Origin: Octopus vulgaris
Lineage: Eukaryota
Reading direction: 5' to 3'
NCBI GenBank assembly: GCA_951406725.2
Contig: OX597817.1
Span: 133,238,001-133,302,000 of the forward strand
DNA length: 64,000 bases
Under the pieces are notes generated by a model. That model saw only the letters and a program-made list of their open reading frames with translations, was not told where the DNA came from and ran no database searches. A program made the position numbers and the translations under genes. This document shows, one piece after another, positions 1-12,915 of the stretch. Within the stretch, counting starts at the first letter, position 1, and each line of letters begins with the position of its first letter.

Positions 1-331
1 TGATTAAAAGAATTGCAAATATTTATTGAACTCAATTGTATTTTTTACTCGCATGATATGTATATGCTGTTGTGAACTGACTCATTAAGTGCTTGGGCAT
101 TAGATTAGATTTAAGATAATGTCACTCAATCTACCATTATGAGATCGGTTGTCAAGGCAGAGACTAATCATAATGATAATCCAGTGCGATATAAGATTTC
201 CGATACAAACATTTTACTTAGAAAGAGTTACCTTAGTGGAGCGCTTTCCCCTCTGGTGTAAGCGCAAAGGTAGGACTTCAGCTCATTATTGTAAACTCAT
301 TCGCTAGCTTTATATTTGTAAATACCTTTAT

Positions 332-520
332 AAAGGCGATGAATTGGAAGAATCGCTTCTGGGATAAAATGTGTAGCAGCATCTACGATCTGAGTTCAAA
401 TGCTGCCGAAGCCAACTGCACTTCATAGCCTTTCGGGGTCGATAAAAAAAGTACTATTCAAGCAGTGGGGTTGATGCAATCGATTTGTCTCTTCCCTTGG
501 GAAGTACTAGCTTTAAAATT
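332..520 (+). mobile_element. Degenerate tRNA-derived SINE (family A, Meta-domain-like core)
   Basis: B-box-like TGAGTTCAAAT followed by GCCTTTCGGGGTCGATAAAA..GTAC..GGGGTTGATGCAATCGA, matching the better-preserved copy at 54662. Confidence 0.65.
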
Positions 521-1322
521 CGCAACAAACAGGCGGATCTTTCTAATTTCGGACATTTGTACGCCATAGAACCCAGACAACCAGTGTTATAAGTCATAGA
601 CCACAAGAAAAATAAATATATTAAATAAGAACTTTATAATGCTTGTACTGCATATATTAATATGTACTTACATGTGGCACCTATTTACAGAGAGAGAGAT
701 AGACGAGACTATTGTAGCATTGATCACAAGCAAGAATCTTCCCCACACTGGTTGTCTAACTCTCGATACAGGCACCGTTTCTAATTCTCCCATTTTCATC
801 TGTCTGTGTATTTAAATCCTTAAGATTTAGGTTAGGTTATAATATTCAGTTATTGATCCGAAATCCTATTTTGTGGGTATCTACCATCTTGAGAAGTACA
901 TCTCCTCCATATGCATAATATTTTACCGTATGATCTGCAGACGATATAATATTTCTGCCACTACCACAGCAAATTTATTGAATCTTCCCTCCGCCCTGCA
1001 CCATTTCCTCGCGCTAGTCTACAACATAAAAGTCATATTGCGAAAACCATTTTGTTAATGTACGATGATAGAACTGATCTACGTCTGTAGAAAACAACTT
1101 GGAATGGGGGGGTCATTGTCCAATAATTCCGGATATTACAGGAAAATCACATTGGAAATACTCATCAGACGAAATCAATATCTTCAAATGTTAAATGGGC
1201 CTTGAAAATACACAGAAATTTATTTCTCCGTAAAAACATTAAATGTTTATAATACTATCAATGATTCCGATGCATCTGACATCGAATTAACGATGGGAGT
1301 TATTTAAACAGAATCGTATTAA

Positions 1323-1371
1323 AATAACAACAACCAAAACAGCAACAACAACAACAATAATAATAATAATG

Positions 1372-1423
<52 letters not shown>

Positions 1424-1442
1424 TGATGATAATGATAATATA
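1323..1442. repeat. (AAC)n/(AAT)n/(GAT)n compound microsatellite
   Basis: Read directly from sequence. Confidence 0.95.
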
Positions 1443-1569
1443 AACAGTAAAAATAATAAAAATAATGCCTTGCATACCATGATGTCCGAACTATTAAATT
1501 TAACCATTCCTCTGTTAAATTGACCAAAACAAATGAATAAGTAAAAATAAAATCAAAATCAATGTTCAT

Positions 1570-1880
<311 letters not shown>

Positions 1881-2152
1881 ATATATAAACTCACATACAT
1901 AGTCTAAGAATTTATGAATCAGGAAAAAATATGCACTCATAATGGTTACAAGTGTGGGAATATCTGAATGTAGAGTAGTATATATATCCATTATGGCCGA
2001 CCTTACAAATGGGTTTTGTAGCTGCCATATTTTTACCCTACCAGCCAGTTACCCATGCTGTTATTTAACACCCAGTTTAGTTTCAAGGGGAAATCTCATT
2101 GGTAAGATAGGCCGTAATGTGCGTTTAATAGTGTACACTTTGAGTTATATAG

Positions 2153-2194
<42 letters not shown>

Positions 2195-2412
2195 CATTCA
2201 TTTCATGCTTGAGGCTCTCATAAAAATGATAAGTGTTATTCAGGCACACAACTGATTCCAGCGCATCTTATATTGGAAACAGCTGTAAGCTAAAGAAGTT
2301 CATATGATAATCGCTTATTCCTTCGTCTTCTCTTTTCTCCTATATATATATATGTGTGTGTGTGTGTATGTATATACACATATACATATAAGTATATAGA
2401 CACACACACATA

Positions 2413-2478
<66 letters not shown>

Positions 2479-2499
2479 CATATATAAACATGCATATAT

Positions 2500-3500
2500 A
2501 CTCAAAATAATATCACTGTCCCATTAGGTTCGAGCTTCTCAAAATTATTTTCTCTTACACTTCTTCTAACACCACTTGAGTCACAATGTTTGTTATGAGG
2601 AAACTTTATTTATTACAGTATGTTTTTAAATGATTGCTTAATGAAATCTAACATACATCATGATCCTTAGTTTGTTACTCTCTCATGCGTTTCAGTAATG
2701 ACTTTCCTGTCTATCCAATATAAATTTCTTAACAATTCGGATATTTGATGCAGCAGAACATATCTTTGTTTTAAATTTCATATATACGTTGGAAATATTC
2801 TTTCTCCACTCTTCGTGTCAATATATTAACCAGTATCAACGAATTAACATGTAGCATACCGATTATCATTGAATACCATAAAAGGTTTATCCTTTTAAAT
2901 ACTATTAATGGTTTATCCTTTTCGTTTATGTTAAACTTTGCTTTTGTCAAAACTTTTTGGGGTCAGTAATGTATGTTTAACTTCGTTACTTGAATGTTAG
3001 GCAAGTTTGAATTGACAACGTTAAAACTATCTTGCAGACATGTATTGCGTGATAAAGGTATGATATTCTGGCCTTCTGTTCCACTTTCTTGGCTTACTCT
3101 TAGTTGCTCTAAAAGTATTTGTTTTGCAAGTTCTTTGTCAGTTTATGTATGTAGGGTGATTTTTTTTATGTGAATTGAAGTCCCTTGTTTCCTGTGAGAT
3201 GTTTGTCGTTGGCTTCTAAATCAATCACTACAGTAAAAAAATTCTTGGTTAGAGAGAATGACATATTCCGTTTTGTATGTGTTGGGTAACATAATTTAAA
3301 GTTAAGATCCTTATGTGTTTTTATGACTTATAATACATATCTGTTGTGAAGTTTCCCTTATCTCAAGAAATGATGATTTTGTATTGCTCATATGCTTTGC
3401 GGATTTTAAACCTGGATGCAGGTTCGTCAGAATGGTGCAGGATTCTTTAAAAGGATCAATAGATTTTGTCCAAATCAGGAAGCATTGATGAAGATATCTT
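2500..3500 (-). mobile_element. Highly decayed Penelope-like element remnant (GIY-YIG region)
   Basis: Minus-strand translation of ~2620-2765 gives CCIKYPNC*EIYIG*TGKSLLKRMRE*..SNHL, the GIY-YIG/CCHH pattern; an LTKAKF linker motif lies near 2940. Many stops; boundaries approximate. Confidence 0.6.
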
Positions 3501-3629
3501 TTTCATGCACCCTCTGTACATACTGATGTGGACCATATTGATACCAGTCAAGTACTTGGGTTGATGTAATCGACTTACGACCATCACGAAAATTACTGAC
3601 TTTGTGCCAAAATTTGAAAGCATTGATTG

Positions 3630-3850
3630 AGGTGGTGAGCTAGAAAAATCGTTTGCGCGTCGGACAAAATGCTTAGAGTCATTTCTTACAACTTTTTACG
3701 TCCTGAGTTCAAATCTCGCCAAATTCAACTTAGCCTTTCATCCTTTCATGGTCGATATGATAAAGTACCAGTCAAATACTGGGGTTGATGTAATTGATAC
3801 TCGCCCTACTCCTAACATTGCTGGCCTTGCACCAACATATGAACCAATTC
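3630..3850 (+). mobile_element. SINE family A copy
   Basis: GGTGGTGAGCTAG..TGAGTTCAAATCTCGCC..GCCTTTCATCCTTTCATGGTCGAT..GTACCAGTCAAATACTGGGGTTGATGTAAT. Confidence 0.75.
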
Positions 3851-4195
3851 TCCTTCTTCTCCATATTTTCCTTCTCAATTAACACTATTTCTGGCTTCCT
3901 GTTCCCTATCTCATGGTCGCACTGAATCATAAAATCCCATAGTATCTTTGCATTATCACTTTCGATTATGCCTTCGGGTTTACGTTTGTACCACATTTTT
4001 GCTCTGTCAACTCCATACTTGTAAAGTGTCCAATGAACAATCCTTACTATGTTGTCATGACGTCTCTTATATTCTTTCTGAGTTAGTGGCGTACATTGGC
4101 TGGTAATATGCCATACGGTTTCAACATTTTTGTCCACAAATCCTGCACTTATCACTTTCTGATGTGTTGTCTATCCTGTATTTGATGTAATTGGT
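3850..4195 (-). mobile_element. R4/Dong-clade LINE fragment (CCHC + RLE)
   Basis: ORF 3772-4155: ETVWHITSQC..EYKRRHD..ILWDF..IQCD..KPEIVL, a CCHC knuckle, RHD motif and PD-(D/E)xK-like start. Its 5' junction is in a TAA tract. Confidence 0.8.
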
Positions 4196-4197
4196 TA

Positions 4198-4228
<31 letters not shown>

Positions 4229-4330
4229 ATTATTATTATCATCATCATCATCATCATCATCATCGTCATCGTCATCGTCATCGTTATCGTTATCGTTATC
4301 GTTATTGTTATTATTATTATTATTATTATT
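4196..4330. repeat. (TTA)n/(TCA)n/(TCG)n compound microsatellite
   Basis: Read directly; lies between two Dong-type LINE pieces. Confidence 0.95.
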
Positions 4331-6660
4331 CAGTAGTATATTTTCTATATCGTGCTTTCACTTCACTACCGAGCACAGCTCTGTGTGCCTTGGGTATGTA
4401 CTGTGATTTGTTGTGATGCTCTGATGGTTATTGTATGGAAAGTGTTCTGCGTAGGATGTGTGCAGTGCCTAGTAGTGCAATTTTCTGTATGTTATATGTG
4501 TTTGTAAGTCCTGGTGTTTTTGTTATGTATTTGTCTGAATATATTTTTATCATGCCTAATGCACCTATTATGATAAGAATTGTTTCTGTTTTTAGATTCC
4601 ACATTCTGGTTACCTCTATTTCCAGGTCTTTGTATGTTGAAAATTTCTCCATTTCTTTTAGAGACACGTTGTCATCTGCTGATATTGATACATCAATTAG
4701 AAAACATTTTTTTCTTCATGATCTCTGACAACTATATCTGGTCTGCTGGCCTTAATTTCTCTATCTGTGTGTATTGGCATATCCCAGAGTATGGTCGTTT
4801 TCTCGTTTTCTGTAACCTTTTCTGGTGTGTGCTTATAATGTTGGCATAGTTTCCAGTGTATATAGGTTCCAACTATGTCGTGTCTGTGAATATATTCCTT
4901 CTTAGCCAGGACTGGGCAGCCAGAGATAATATGATTTATTGTTTCTTGTCCATCTCCACATATTCTGCAGTTACTTGTTATATTTCTTTTCATTACATGT
5001 TTTTGGTAATTTCTGGTGGGAAGGCTTTGGTCTTGTGCTGCAATTAAAAATCCTTCCGTCTCTGCTTTGAGTCCTGATCTTCTCAACCATTGTTGGGATT
5101 TTTCTTTGTCTATTTCTTTTGCATTTAGTTTAGTCCAGTATTTGCCATGAAGGGGCTTTTCTTGCCACCGTTTTATCAGGGTTCGTTGCTGTTCTAATTT
5201 TAGTTTGGATTTCATTTGTTTTACAGCGTTTTTTGTTTCTTCTTCTTTTTCTTCTTCTTCTTCTTCTTCTTCTTCATATTTGTTAGGTGGTATGATTTCT
5301 TGTTTGTATTTGTCAGCTTCCTTAAATACTGAGAACAGTTTTTTGTTTTGCTCGTGTTTTGCCGCTATTTTATCAGTTTTCCTTCCTTCTGAAGTAGATA
5401 TTTTTGCAGTCCTATGGTGGTTATTTTATAGTAGTTTTCCAGCTGTATAAGGCCTCTACCACCATCTATACGTTGTATATATAGCCTTTCTTTGTCAGAT
5501 TTTGGGTGATGCATCCTAGATCCTGTCATTATTTTTCTTGTTTTCCTATCTATTTTGGTCAGTTCATTTAGAGTCCAGTTAAGGATATTGTAGCTGTAAC
5601 TTATAACTGGGACGGCTAAAGTGTTGATACCTATTATCTTGTTTTTAGCATTGAGCTCTGTTTTCAGTATTGATCTAACTCGTCTATAATATTCTTTTTT
5701 TATTTTCACCTTCATTTGTGTGTGTTGTGTCTTATCTAGTTCATGGATTCCTAAGTATTTGTAATTTTGGCTTTGGTCTAATTCTTTTATTTCATTGGTT
5801 TTATCTAGTGTGATGTTGCTACTCTTAACTAGTTTTCCTCTTTTCAGGGTGACTTTGGCGCATTTCTCTAATCCAAATTTCATATCTATTTCTTTGGTAA
5901 ATGCATGAACTGTCTTTAGTAGTGTTTCCAGCTGTTTGTCATTTCCAGCGTATAGTTTTAGGTCATCCATATATAAAAGGTGGCTGATCGTTTTGCCGTA
6001 ACATTTATATCCGCATCCAGTTCTGTTTAGCATATCCGATAGAGGTGACAGTGCCAAGCAGAAAAGGAGTGGAGAGAGCGTATCTCCCTGGAATATTCCT
6101 CTTCTAATGGGGATGCCTTTGGTTTTCACAAGTCCCTCTTTTGTTTGGAGCTGTAGCACTGTTTGCCATTTATTCATAGAGTGTCCTATATATTTTATAA
6201 TTGTTGGTGCAACTTTGTTCATGGCTAGTGTTTCGAGGATCCATGTGTGGGGATGCTATCAAACGCCTTTTTGTAGTCGATCCAGGCCATACTGAGGGCT
6301 TTCTTCTTTCTGTGGCTGTTTTCAGTTATGGCTTTATTGATCATTAGTTGATCTTTACAGCCATATAAGCCTTTGCGGCATCCTTTCTGCTCTTCTGGAA
6401 ACAGGTTGTTTTCGTCCAGGTGCTTGTTCAATATTTGCGATATCACTACCGTAAATGCATTGTACATTATAGGGAGACAGGTTATAGGTCTGTAGTTTTC
6501 TGGTTTTGCTGTCTCATTTGATTTGGGAATTAAGATGGTTTTCCCCTTTGTGAGCCATTCAGGCATTGTCTCTGGCCCTGCCAGTATGGTGTTAAAATTT
6601 TCAGCCAGCTTTTTGTGCATTCCTGTTAGATATTTCAACCAGAAGTTGGGGATCTTGTCA
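4331..6660 (-). mobile_element. 5'-truncated R4/Dong-clade non-LTR retrotransposon (RT + CCHC + restriction-like endonuclease), frameshifted
   Basis: ORFs 6225-6638 (NYRPITCL, EQKGC, WIDYKKAFDS), 5365-6222 (GIFQGDTLSPLLF, LYMDDLKL), 4697-5215 (QDQ, CRIC..HIISGC, RHD, RPDIV) and 4428-4667 (K..YKDL). Flanked by (TAA)n on both sides. Confidence 0.93.
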
Positions 6661-6666
6661 TTATTA

Positions 6667-6726
<60 letters not shown>
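6661..6726. repeat. (TTA)n microsatellite
   Basis: Read directly; 5' flank of the Dong LINE. Confidence 0.95.
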
Positions 6727-6727
<1 letters not shown>

Positions 6728-6920
6728 GGCGGTGTGATGGCAGAGACGAATTGCTTAGTGGTATTTTGGCCGTCGCTACGTTCCGAGTTCAAATTCCGCC
6801 GTGGTCGACTTAGTCTTTCAGCCTGTGGGGTCGATAAATTAAGTACCCTTGAAACACTTGGGCCGATGTAATCGACTCATCCTCTCCCACAAAATTTTAG
6901 GCCTTGTATCTATAATAGAA
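6727..6920 (+). mobile_element. SINE family A copy
   Basis: CCGAGTTCAAATTCCGCCGTGGTCGAC..GGGGTCGATAAATTAAGTACC. Confidence 0.75.
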
Positions 6921-7804
6921 ATGGTTATTATTATTATTGTTGTTGTTGTTATCATCATCATCTTCGTCCTCTCACCCTATTATTCCTATCTTGTTCTCAT
7001 AATACAAAACGTGTTTTCTTCCTGCAAAATATCTTTCTCGCAGATCTTAACTAGAAATTCTTGCATTTGCATGAATGCAATTACTTGAAAACACCTCAGG
7101 TTGTAATTATTACACCAGTTAAACTACCTGCCACACCAGCTAATTCCACCTGATTGGTTATTAATAGACAGGAATGGCGACCGACCACTTGTCATTTTAT
7201 TATTTCAAAACATCATCTTCATGCTGATAGCGCAAAACAATTCAAGTGGCTGGCACAAATTCCGTTAACAAACACCGAGTAAAATGGCGGAGCAGTCCGT
7301 AAAGATATTCACTGTAGTTATTACGATTTTCCTTCCTTCTCTACGTTTCTTTCCTTTTCATTCTGTCGCTCGTTGTGGTTATTGTAGTCGCTGTTGTTAT
7401 TGGTTTTGCTGCTCTTTTCTTTAAAAGATATTTGGTATTCAATATTGGAGGATTGATTGGAGTTTCGTTGAATAATAACAAAAAAGAAGAAAAAAACAAA
7501 TGCTTCATCATGGCGAACGTGAAAGAATTTCTAGGGCAGTTTGAAGCGTTCGTCATGTGGTCTAATAGTTTGATATTTTCCCCGAAGCAGATCTTTAATG
7601 GAGAGAAACAAGAAAACATAGCGGGAAGATATCCAAGTGCTCGAGGTTATTCCATATGTTTAACGCTACAATATTCACCACTAGGGGACTCTGTAGTCAA
7701 GCAAACGAGGGAATATATTTCAATTTCTGAAAAATAGATGGAAGATATTAGAGTAATAAAACGTAATGGATAGCAAGAAGCGTGGTGAATGGTTGAATAC
7801 GAAA

Positions 7805-7807
7805 TAT

Positions 7808-7842
<35 letters not shown>

Positions 7843-8112
7843 CATACATACATACATACATACATACATACATACATACATACATACATACATACATACA
7901 TACGTACGTACGTACATACATACATACATACATAGACAGACAGAAAAACAGACAGACGGACGGAAAGACGGACGGAAAGACGGACGGACGGACGTACGGA
8001 CGGACGGACTCGACGGACGGACAGACGGACGGACTCGACGGACGGACGGACGGACTCGACGGACGGACAGAGGGGTGGAGTGATAGATAGATGGATAGAC
8101 AGACAGACAGAC
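7805..8112. repeat. Compound tetranucleotide repeat (GATA)->(CATA)->(GACA)->(GGAC) with a 20-bp higher-order unit
   Basis: Read directly; GGACGGACTCGAC recurs three times. Confidence 0.9.
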
Positions 8113-9201
8113 ATATATATGTGTGTGTAGTTAAGAAGCTCGTTTCGTAACTATGAGGTCTGTGTTTCGGTCCCTTTATGTTGCACCTCAGAGAAGTGCG
8201 GGGTGAATTGGATCTGGCGGAAACTATACAGAATCTCGTCGAATTTGTAATCCAAAGTCTAGTTTCGCGATGAGAGAGTAAAATGTGATGAGCAGGGAGA
8301 AATGAGAAAGGATTGGAATTATTTAAGCGATGAAAGCGGTGAAAGTAAACAAAAAATTGAAATTTATGTGGAAGAAATGGAGAAGGAAAGAGAGAGAGAG
8401 AGAGAAAATATAACACAATTACAACGTAGTTATTTGGTGAGGAAGCGACAGGAAGTCAGAGACAGATAGATAGTTAGACAGAGAGACAGACAGTCAGACG
8501 GAGACAGACAGAGAGAGAGAGACAAGTAGACAAACAGACAGACAGACTGGGAAGGTTTGTAAAGTAGTAAAGCAAGGTATAAAAATGTAGAAATTACAAG
8601 GAGAAGAGAAGAGATGGTCACAGAAAATGAGGTAAAATAATGTGTTTGAGAATGTGAGATATTGTCAGGAAAGAGAAAGCTCATTGTGAGAGATTATAAG
8701 AGATCAGTGAAGGATAACAGGATATGAAAAAGATTAAAGATTTATAAAGCAAGTCTCGTAGACATAATATCCTTATGATGGTAAGCTTCATCCGTCACGT
8801 AGCATGCCACCACGACCTGGTTCTTTGGTTACTTTACAGGAATTTATTCTATCGCGAGAATTTGGATTAAGCCAAGAGTTTGGTCCGATCATAAGTCAAG
8901 ATGCTAAAACAATATCGTATTATTGCAGTTACCCATCTGTTGGATTTTCTTTTTCTCTCGTTTTCCTCCAATCAGTCTCGAAAATTCTTAACAGGATTAG
9001 AAATACTTCGTTTTTGTTCTTTTCCCCTGTCATCTGATTAAACCACAACAATAAAGAAATATTTTTAAATTCACGTGGTGCCCTCTTGATGACTATTAAT
9101 AAAAAGGCGGGTAACTATCTCCTCACAGAATCAGACGGGATTAGAAAACTTAAATTTGAAAAAGATACAAATAGCTTATATATATGAATATATATATATC
9201 T

Positions 9202-9422
9202 ATATATTAATAACGAGAAATGCTTCACGGGTGGAGATTTTATATTTTTAATTATGTATTGCTACATATGTTTCAGCATTACATGTATTTTTTTTATAGG
9301 ATATCCTATGGATTTGGTGAGGAGGTCCCACAAAAATACATGTCATGCCGATTCATATGTTGCAATATATTATTTGAAATATAAAATCTCCACCCGTGAA
9401 GCATTTCTCGTTATTAATATAT
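9202..9422. mobile_element. ~220-bp fold-back element/MITE
   Basis: ATATATTAATAACGAGAAATGCTTCACGGGTGGAGATTTTATATTT at the left end is the perfect reverse complement of the right end; imperfect pairing continues inward. Confidence 0.8.
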
Positions 9423-9858
9423 TTTTCTTACGCTACATGGAGTACCGCATACACAACAATCCCATACAGTTAACTTGACACTCTGGGAATATCATACGGT
9501 AGCATAGGAGCCTTTATGAGCGCACTGCTAGACATCTGCCATATGCAAAATACAAAGAAAGAAATATATAGACATGAGTATTTTAAATGTTTTGTTTATC
9601 TATGTAGTTCTGAATATTTCTAGTTAGAGGTGATCATGAATAGAATACTTCATTCTTTTTTTTCCGTTCTTCAGAGTGTTCAGAGTGTTCAACGAAAACT
9701 ACCCGCTCTATCAAACAATCTTGATAGTGTTGTCGGTTTAGTCACCGATAACCCAACCACACGACAGGTTGTACGGGGTCACATGTTACTAACAGCACTA
9801 AGAGGGATCTGACATAAAAGATATAGTATGCCAGGTCATATTATATATGTGCGTGTGT

Positions 9859-9917
<59 letters not shown>

Positions 9918-10183
9918 CGTGTGTCTGCATTTAATCAATAAATAGTAATTGAATGTAAGTCAATTGTTAATCAGTACTTCTCCATTTTCTGTTTTCTTTA
10001 TATTTTGATTCTTAATAAATCCATGTAACTTATGAAGAGAATATGTTTGCAAATGTATGTCCATGGCTAAATATAAGTAATATACGAATAGAGTAATGGA
10101 TACTTCTCTCTCTTGGACGGTTATTTTAGCCTCTAACTCAACTAGCCTATATATATATATGAGACCAAAATGTACGTACGTCG

Positions 10184-10250
<67 letters not shown>

Positions 10251-10976
10251 CAAAATGGGCCAAGAACGCAATCATCCAGACAGTTGATACAAAAAAGGGA
10301 CAACAAAACATCCAAATGGACTTCTTTCTTTCGATCAGCCCTTCACGCTTATTCGTTCATTCCACTCTTCGTTCTTTCGTTCCTCTCTCACATTTCCCTG
10401 CCTTCTCTCCTTGCTCACTTTCCGTCCTTTTTTCACTTCACTGTATCCCTGTCATTTTTCTCGCCCCTCCTTAATTTTTCTGACCCTCTGCCTCTACCTC
10501 CCTCTCTTCTCACCCCACGTGACCGGTGTTCGGCCAAGCCTGTTCTTTCTTTCTTGGTTTGGCCGTCGTCCGTGCAACATCTATATTCCTCCCTGTGCCT
10601 GTCAAATCTTGTATCTCTGCCGTAAGGCTTTACTTCCACTCACCAGCTTAATTTAATTCGTCCTTAGTCGAAAGACACCTGTTGTTGTGCCCTATTATTT
10701 GTATTTGTGTAACATTCTCCGTTTTTTTTCGTTCTTGTTTTCGTATACATTGATTGCTTTCTTCCAAGGAATCTAATGCTCTTAGCTTAGTTTTTCCTTG
10801 GGGCTGGAGCAATCTCGAGTATAACCAGCCGAAATTGCAAAGATAATCTGGAACTCGTTTGAGGAAAGAAAACTTCCAATGATCCATCCTTGCTTTTTTT
10901 TGTATCGTCTATCCGGATGTTTTGTTGTCCATTTTTTGTAGCACCTGTCTGGATGTTTTGCGTTTTTGGCCCATTT

Positions 10977-10978
<2 letters not shown>
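10251..10978. mobile_element. Non-autonomous element with ~70-bp terminal inverted repeats, inserted in (TA)n
   Basis: CAAAATGGGCCAAGAACGCAATCATCCAGACAG..ACAACAAAACATCC versus GGATGTTTTGTTGTCC..CTGTCTGGATGTTTTGCGTTTTTGGCCCATTTTG; TA on both flanks. Confidence 0.8.
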
Positions 10979-11021
<43 letters not shown>

Positions 11022-11025
<4 letters not shown>

Positions 11026-11400
11026 ACTTTGATAACTTTGATAGGTTTCGGCCAGTATAGACCCAGGCCATGTCTAACTTAATAGCACCCCCTGGTGAAG
11101 TCTTTTAGTCATATATGGGGAATCATGGCCCACTCTAGCAAAGAGTATCATTGTCGGAGATATATCCGGGTTAGTAGGTTGGTCGGGATTTTTTGAAGAA
11201 ATTTGTCCAGTGAACTTTTGAATTTTATGGGAATCGTTTCTTTTCAGACGTATTTTGGTATGGTATTAAAGAGTGATGGACCGGTTGAGGTAAAGTAGTT
11301 GTGACGTAATGTTGTTATGTGTTCTGAGTTCGGAAGACAATCAATTCGTTGAACAAAATTATCTTCGAATATTTAATTCAGTTGAAGTTATATGATATTG
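11022..11400 (-). mobile_element. CR1/L2-type LINE 3' end
   Basis: Minus strand encodes FKSSLDKFLQKIPDQPT, the same C-terminal motif as 32132-32407; short tandem tail (ATCAAAGTT)x2. Confidence 0.6.
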
Positions 11401-11479
11401 CATCGACATCGAAAAGAATTTCTATTTCTATATCGATAAAGCATATTCTAAAAATAGCCATCTATGAATCATATTCAAT

Positions 11480-11857
11480 ATAAACACATCGTTGAAAGGC
11501 GGATTACTGAAATATTCGTCCAGAGGTAATATCTCTAAGGGACAAGCTGTGTTTAAAAATCAAAATATATCGCAAGGAGACGAAAATCTTCCGAGCAAAC
11601 AGAGTAAGGAGATCGAACTAATTGCCTGTTACCTCGTGAACGCGTGCTCCAATGGCTGGACCGGGAAAAACTAAAAAAAAAAAAGAATTCATAAATACTG
11701 TATTCGATGGCGTATTGGAGGCCCCTCAATTTCAGCAGCGAAAACACGTTTTTAGAACATTAAAGGTTATGTGAAGTCCAAATTTGCCTACAGAATCCGA
11801 GGTGATTTTTTGTGACATTTTTTGCGAAAATGCGTATCTTATATGCCATGAAATACA
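11480..11857 (+). mobile_element. Possible pogo/Tc2-type transposon remnant
   Basis: ORF 11492-11674 contains GQAV and NACSNGW (CENP-B-type HTH, F.AS.GW-like); GCGTATCTTATATGCCATGAAATAC resembles a Tc2/Tigger terminus. Confidence 0.35.
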
Positions 11858-12249
11858 TAGTTGTTAGTCTTAATTTGAAAATTACTCTGTCGATTAGGTA
11901 ACATTGTCAAAACCTAGAAAGTTGTATCCTATTTTTAATATTCCCGTATACTTTATTGTTCCTCTGTACGATATCCAGTCTGATATATTTGTCCCTGTCA
12001 ATGTTTGTTTTCACTATTCAACAGTGAAAAATCGTGACGTTGTTCTATTCCTGATTTAATTTAAACCCAGATATATTATATTAACGAGATGATAGTTTTA
12101 GTCAGATACTTACAACGAAACACTGATTTCAGTCTAGAATTTAATCATTGATGGAGTGAACGGAGGATCATTAGAGACAAGTTTTGCTTCCTAAACACAA
12201 TTACTAAAGCATTTTATTATTTATCGGATATTTGCGAATCCACCGCCGT

Positions 12250-12560
12250 TGGAGTGTTGGATAGTATGATCTGCACCATTCATTACATTTTGAGTTCAAA
12301 TCACGCCGAGATCAACTTCGCCTTTCATTCTCCCGGGGTGAAGTAAGTACCTGTGAGACACTGGGCTCGGTGGTATACCCTGGCCCACCTCCACAAAATT
12401 GCTGGTCTTGTACAATTTGCACCATTCGTTCCGCCGGTTTATGTTCTGAGTTGCTTAGCTTTCCGTCTTCTCAGTGTCGATAAAGTAACGTACCAGTGAT
12501 ATACTTGGGTCAGTGGTACCGACCACTTCCTCCCCTGCTGAGCTTAGACCAAAATCAGAA
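12250..12560 (+). mobile_element. Two adjacent degenerate SINE family A copies
   Basis: TGAGTTCAAATCACGCCGAGATCAACTTCGCCTTTCATTC, then a second TTCTGAGTT..GTCGATAAAGTAACGTACCAG. Confidence 0.6.
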
Positions 12561-12744
12561 TCTTTTATTTATTAGATATCTCTTTATTTGATATTAATCT
12601 GCGTTTTATGAATACAAACATTTTTGAATCGCCAAGGAAGCTTTGAAACGTAGTCCCTGGTAGAAAACTTGAATTTCTTGCTTCCAACTCATTATCGCGC
12701 TCAATATATATACAGATATGGATAGATTCATACATGCAGACACA

Positions 12745-12878
12745 TGCTCATATATATACATATATATATATACATGTATGTATGTATATATGTATGTATG
12801 TATGTATATATATATATATACATATATATATACGTATATACATATATACATATGTATATATAATATGATATATATATC

Positions 12879-12915
<37 letters not shown>

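Noticed and set aside
860-1200. Possible RT remnant (ADD-like motif near 935)
   Set aside because: Too degenerate; no consistent frame or strand could be established.
5236-5276. Poly-Glu tract suggesting a host protein
   Set aside because: It is a (GAA)n stretch inside the Dong LINE ORF between the RT and CCHC regions.
11041-11075. GGCC..GGCC-GAAAC as a hammerhead ribozyme
   Set aside because: No CUGANGA upstream; it lies in the 3' UTR of a CR1-type LINE.
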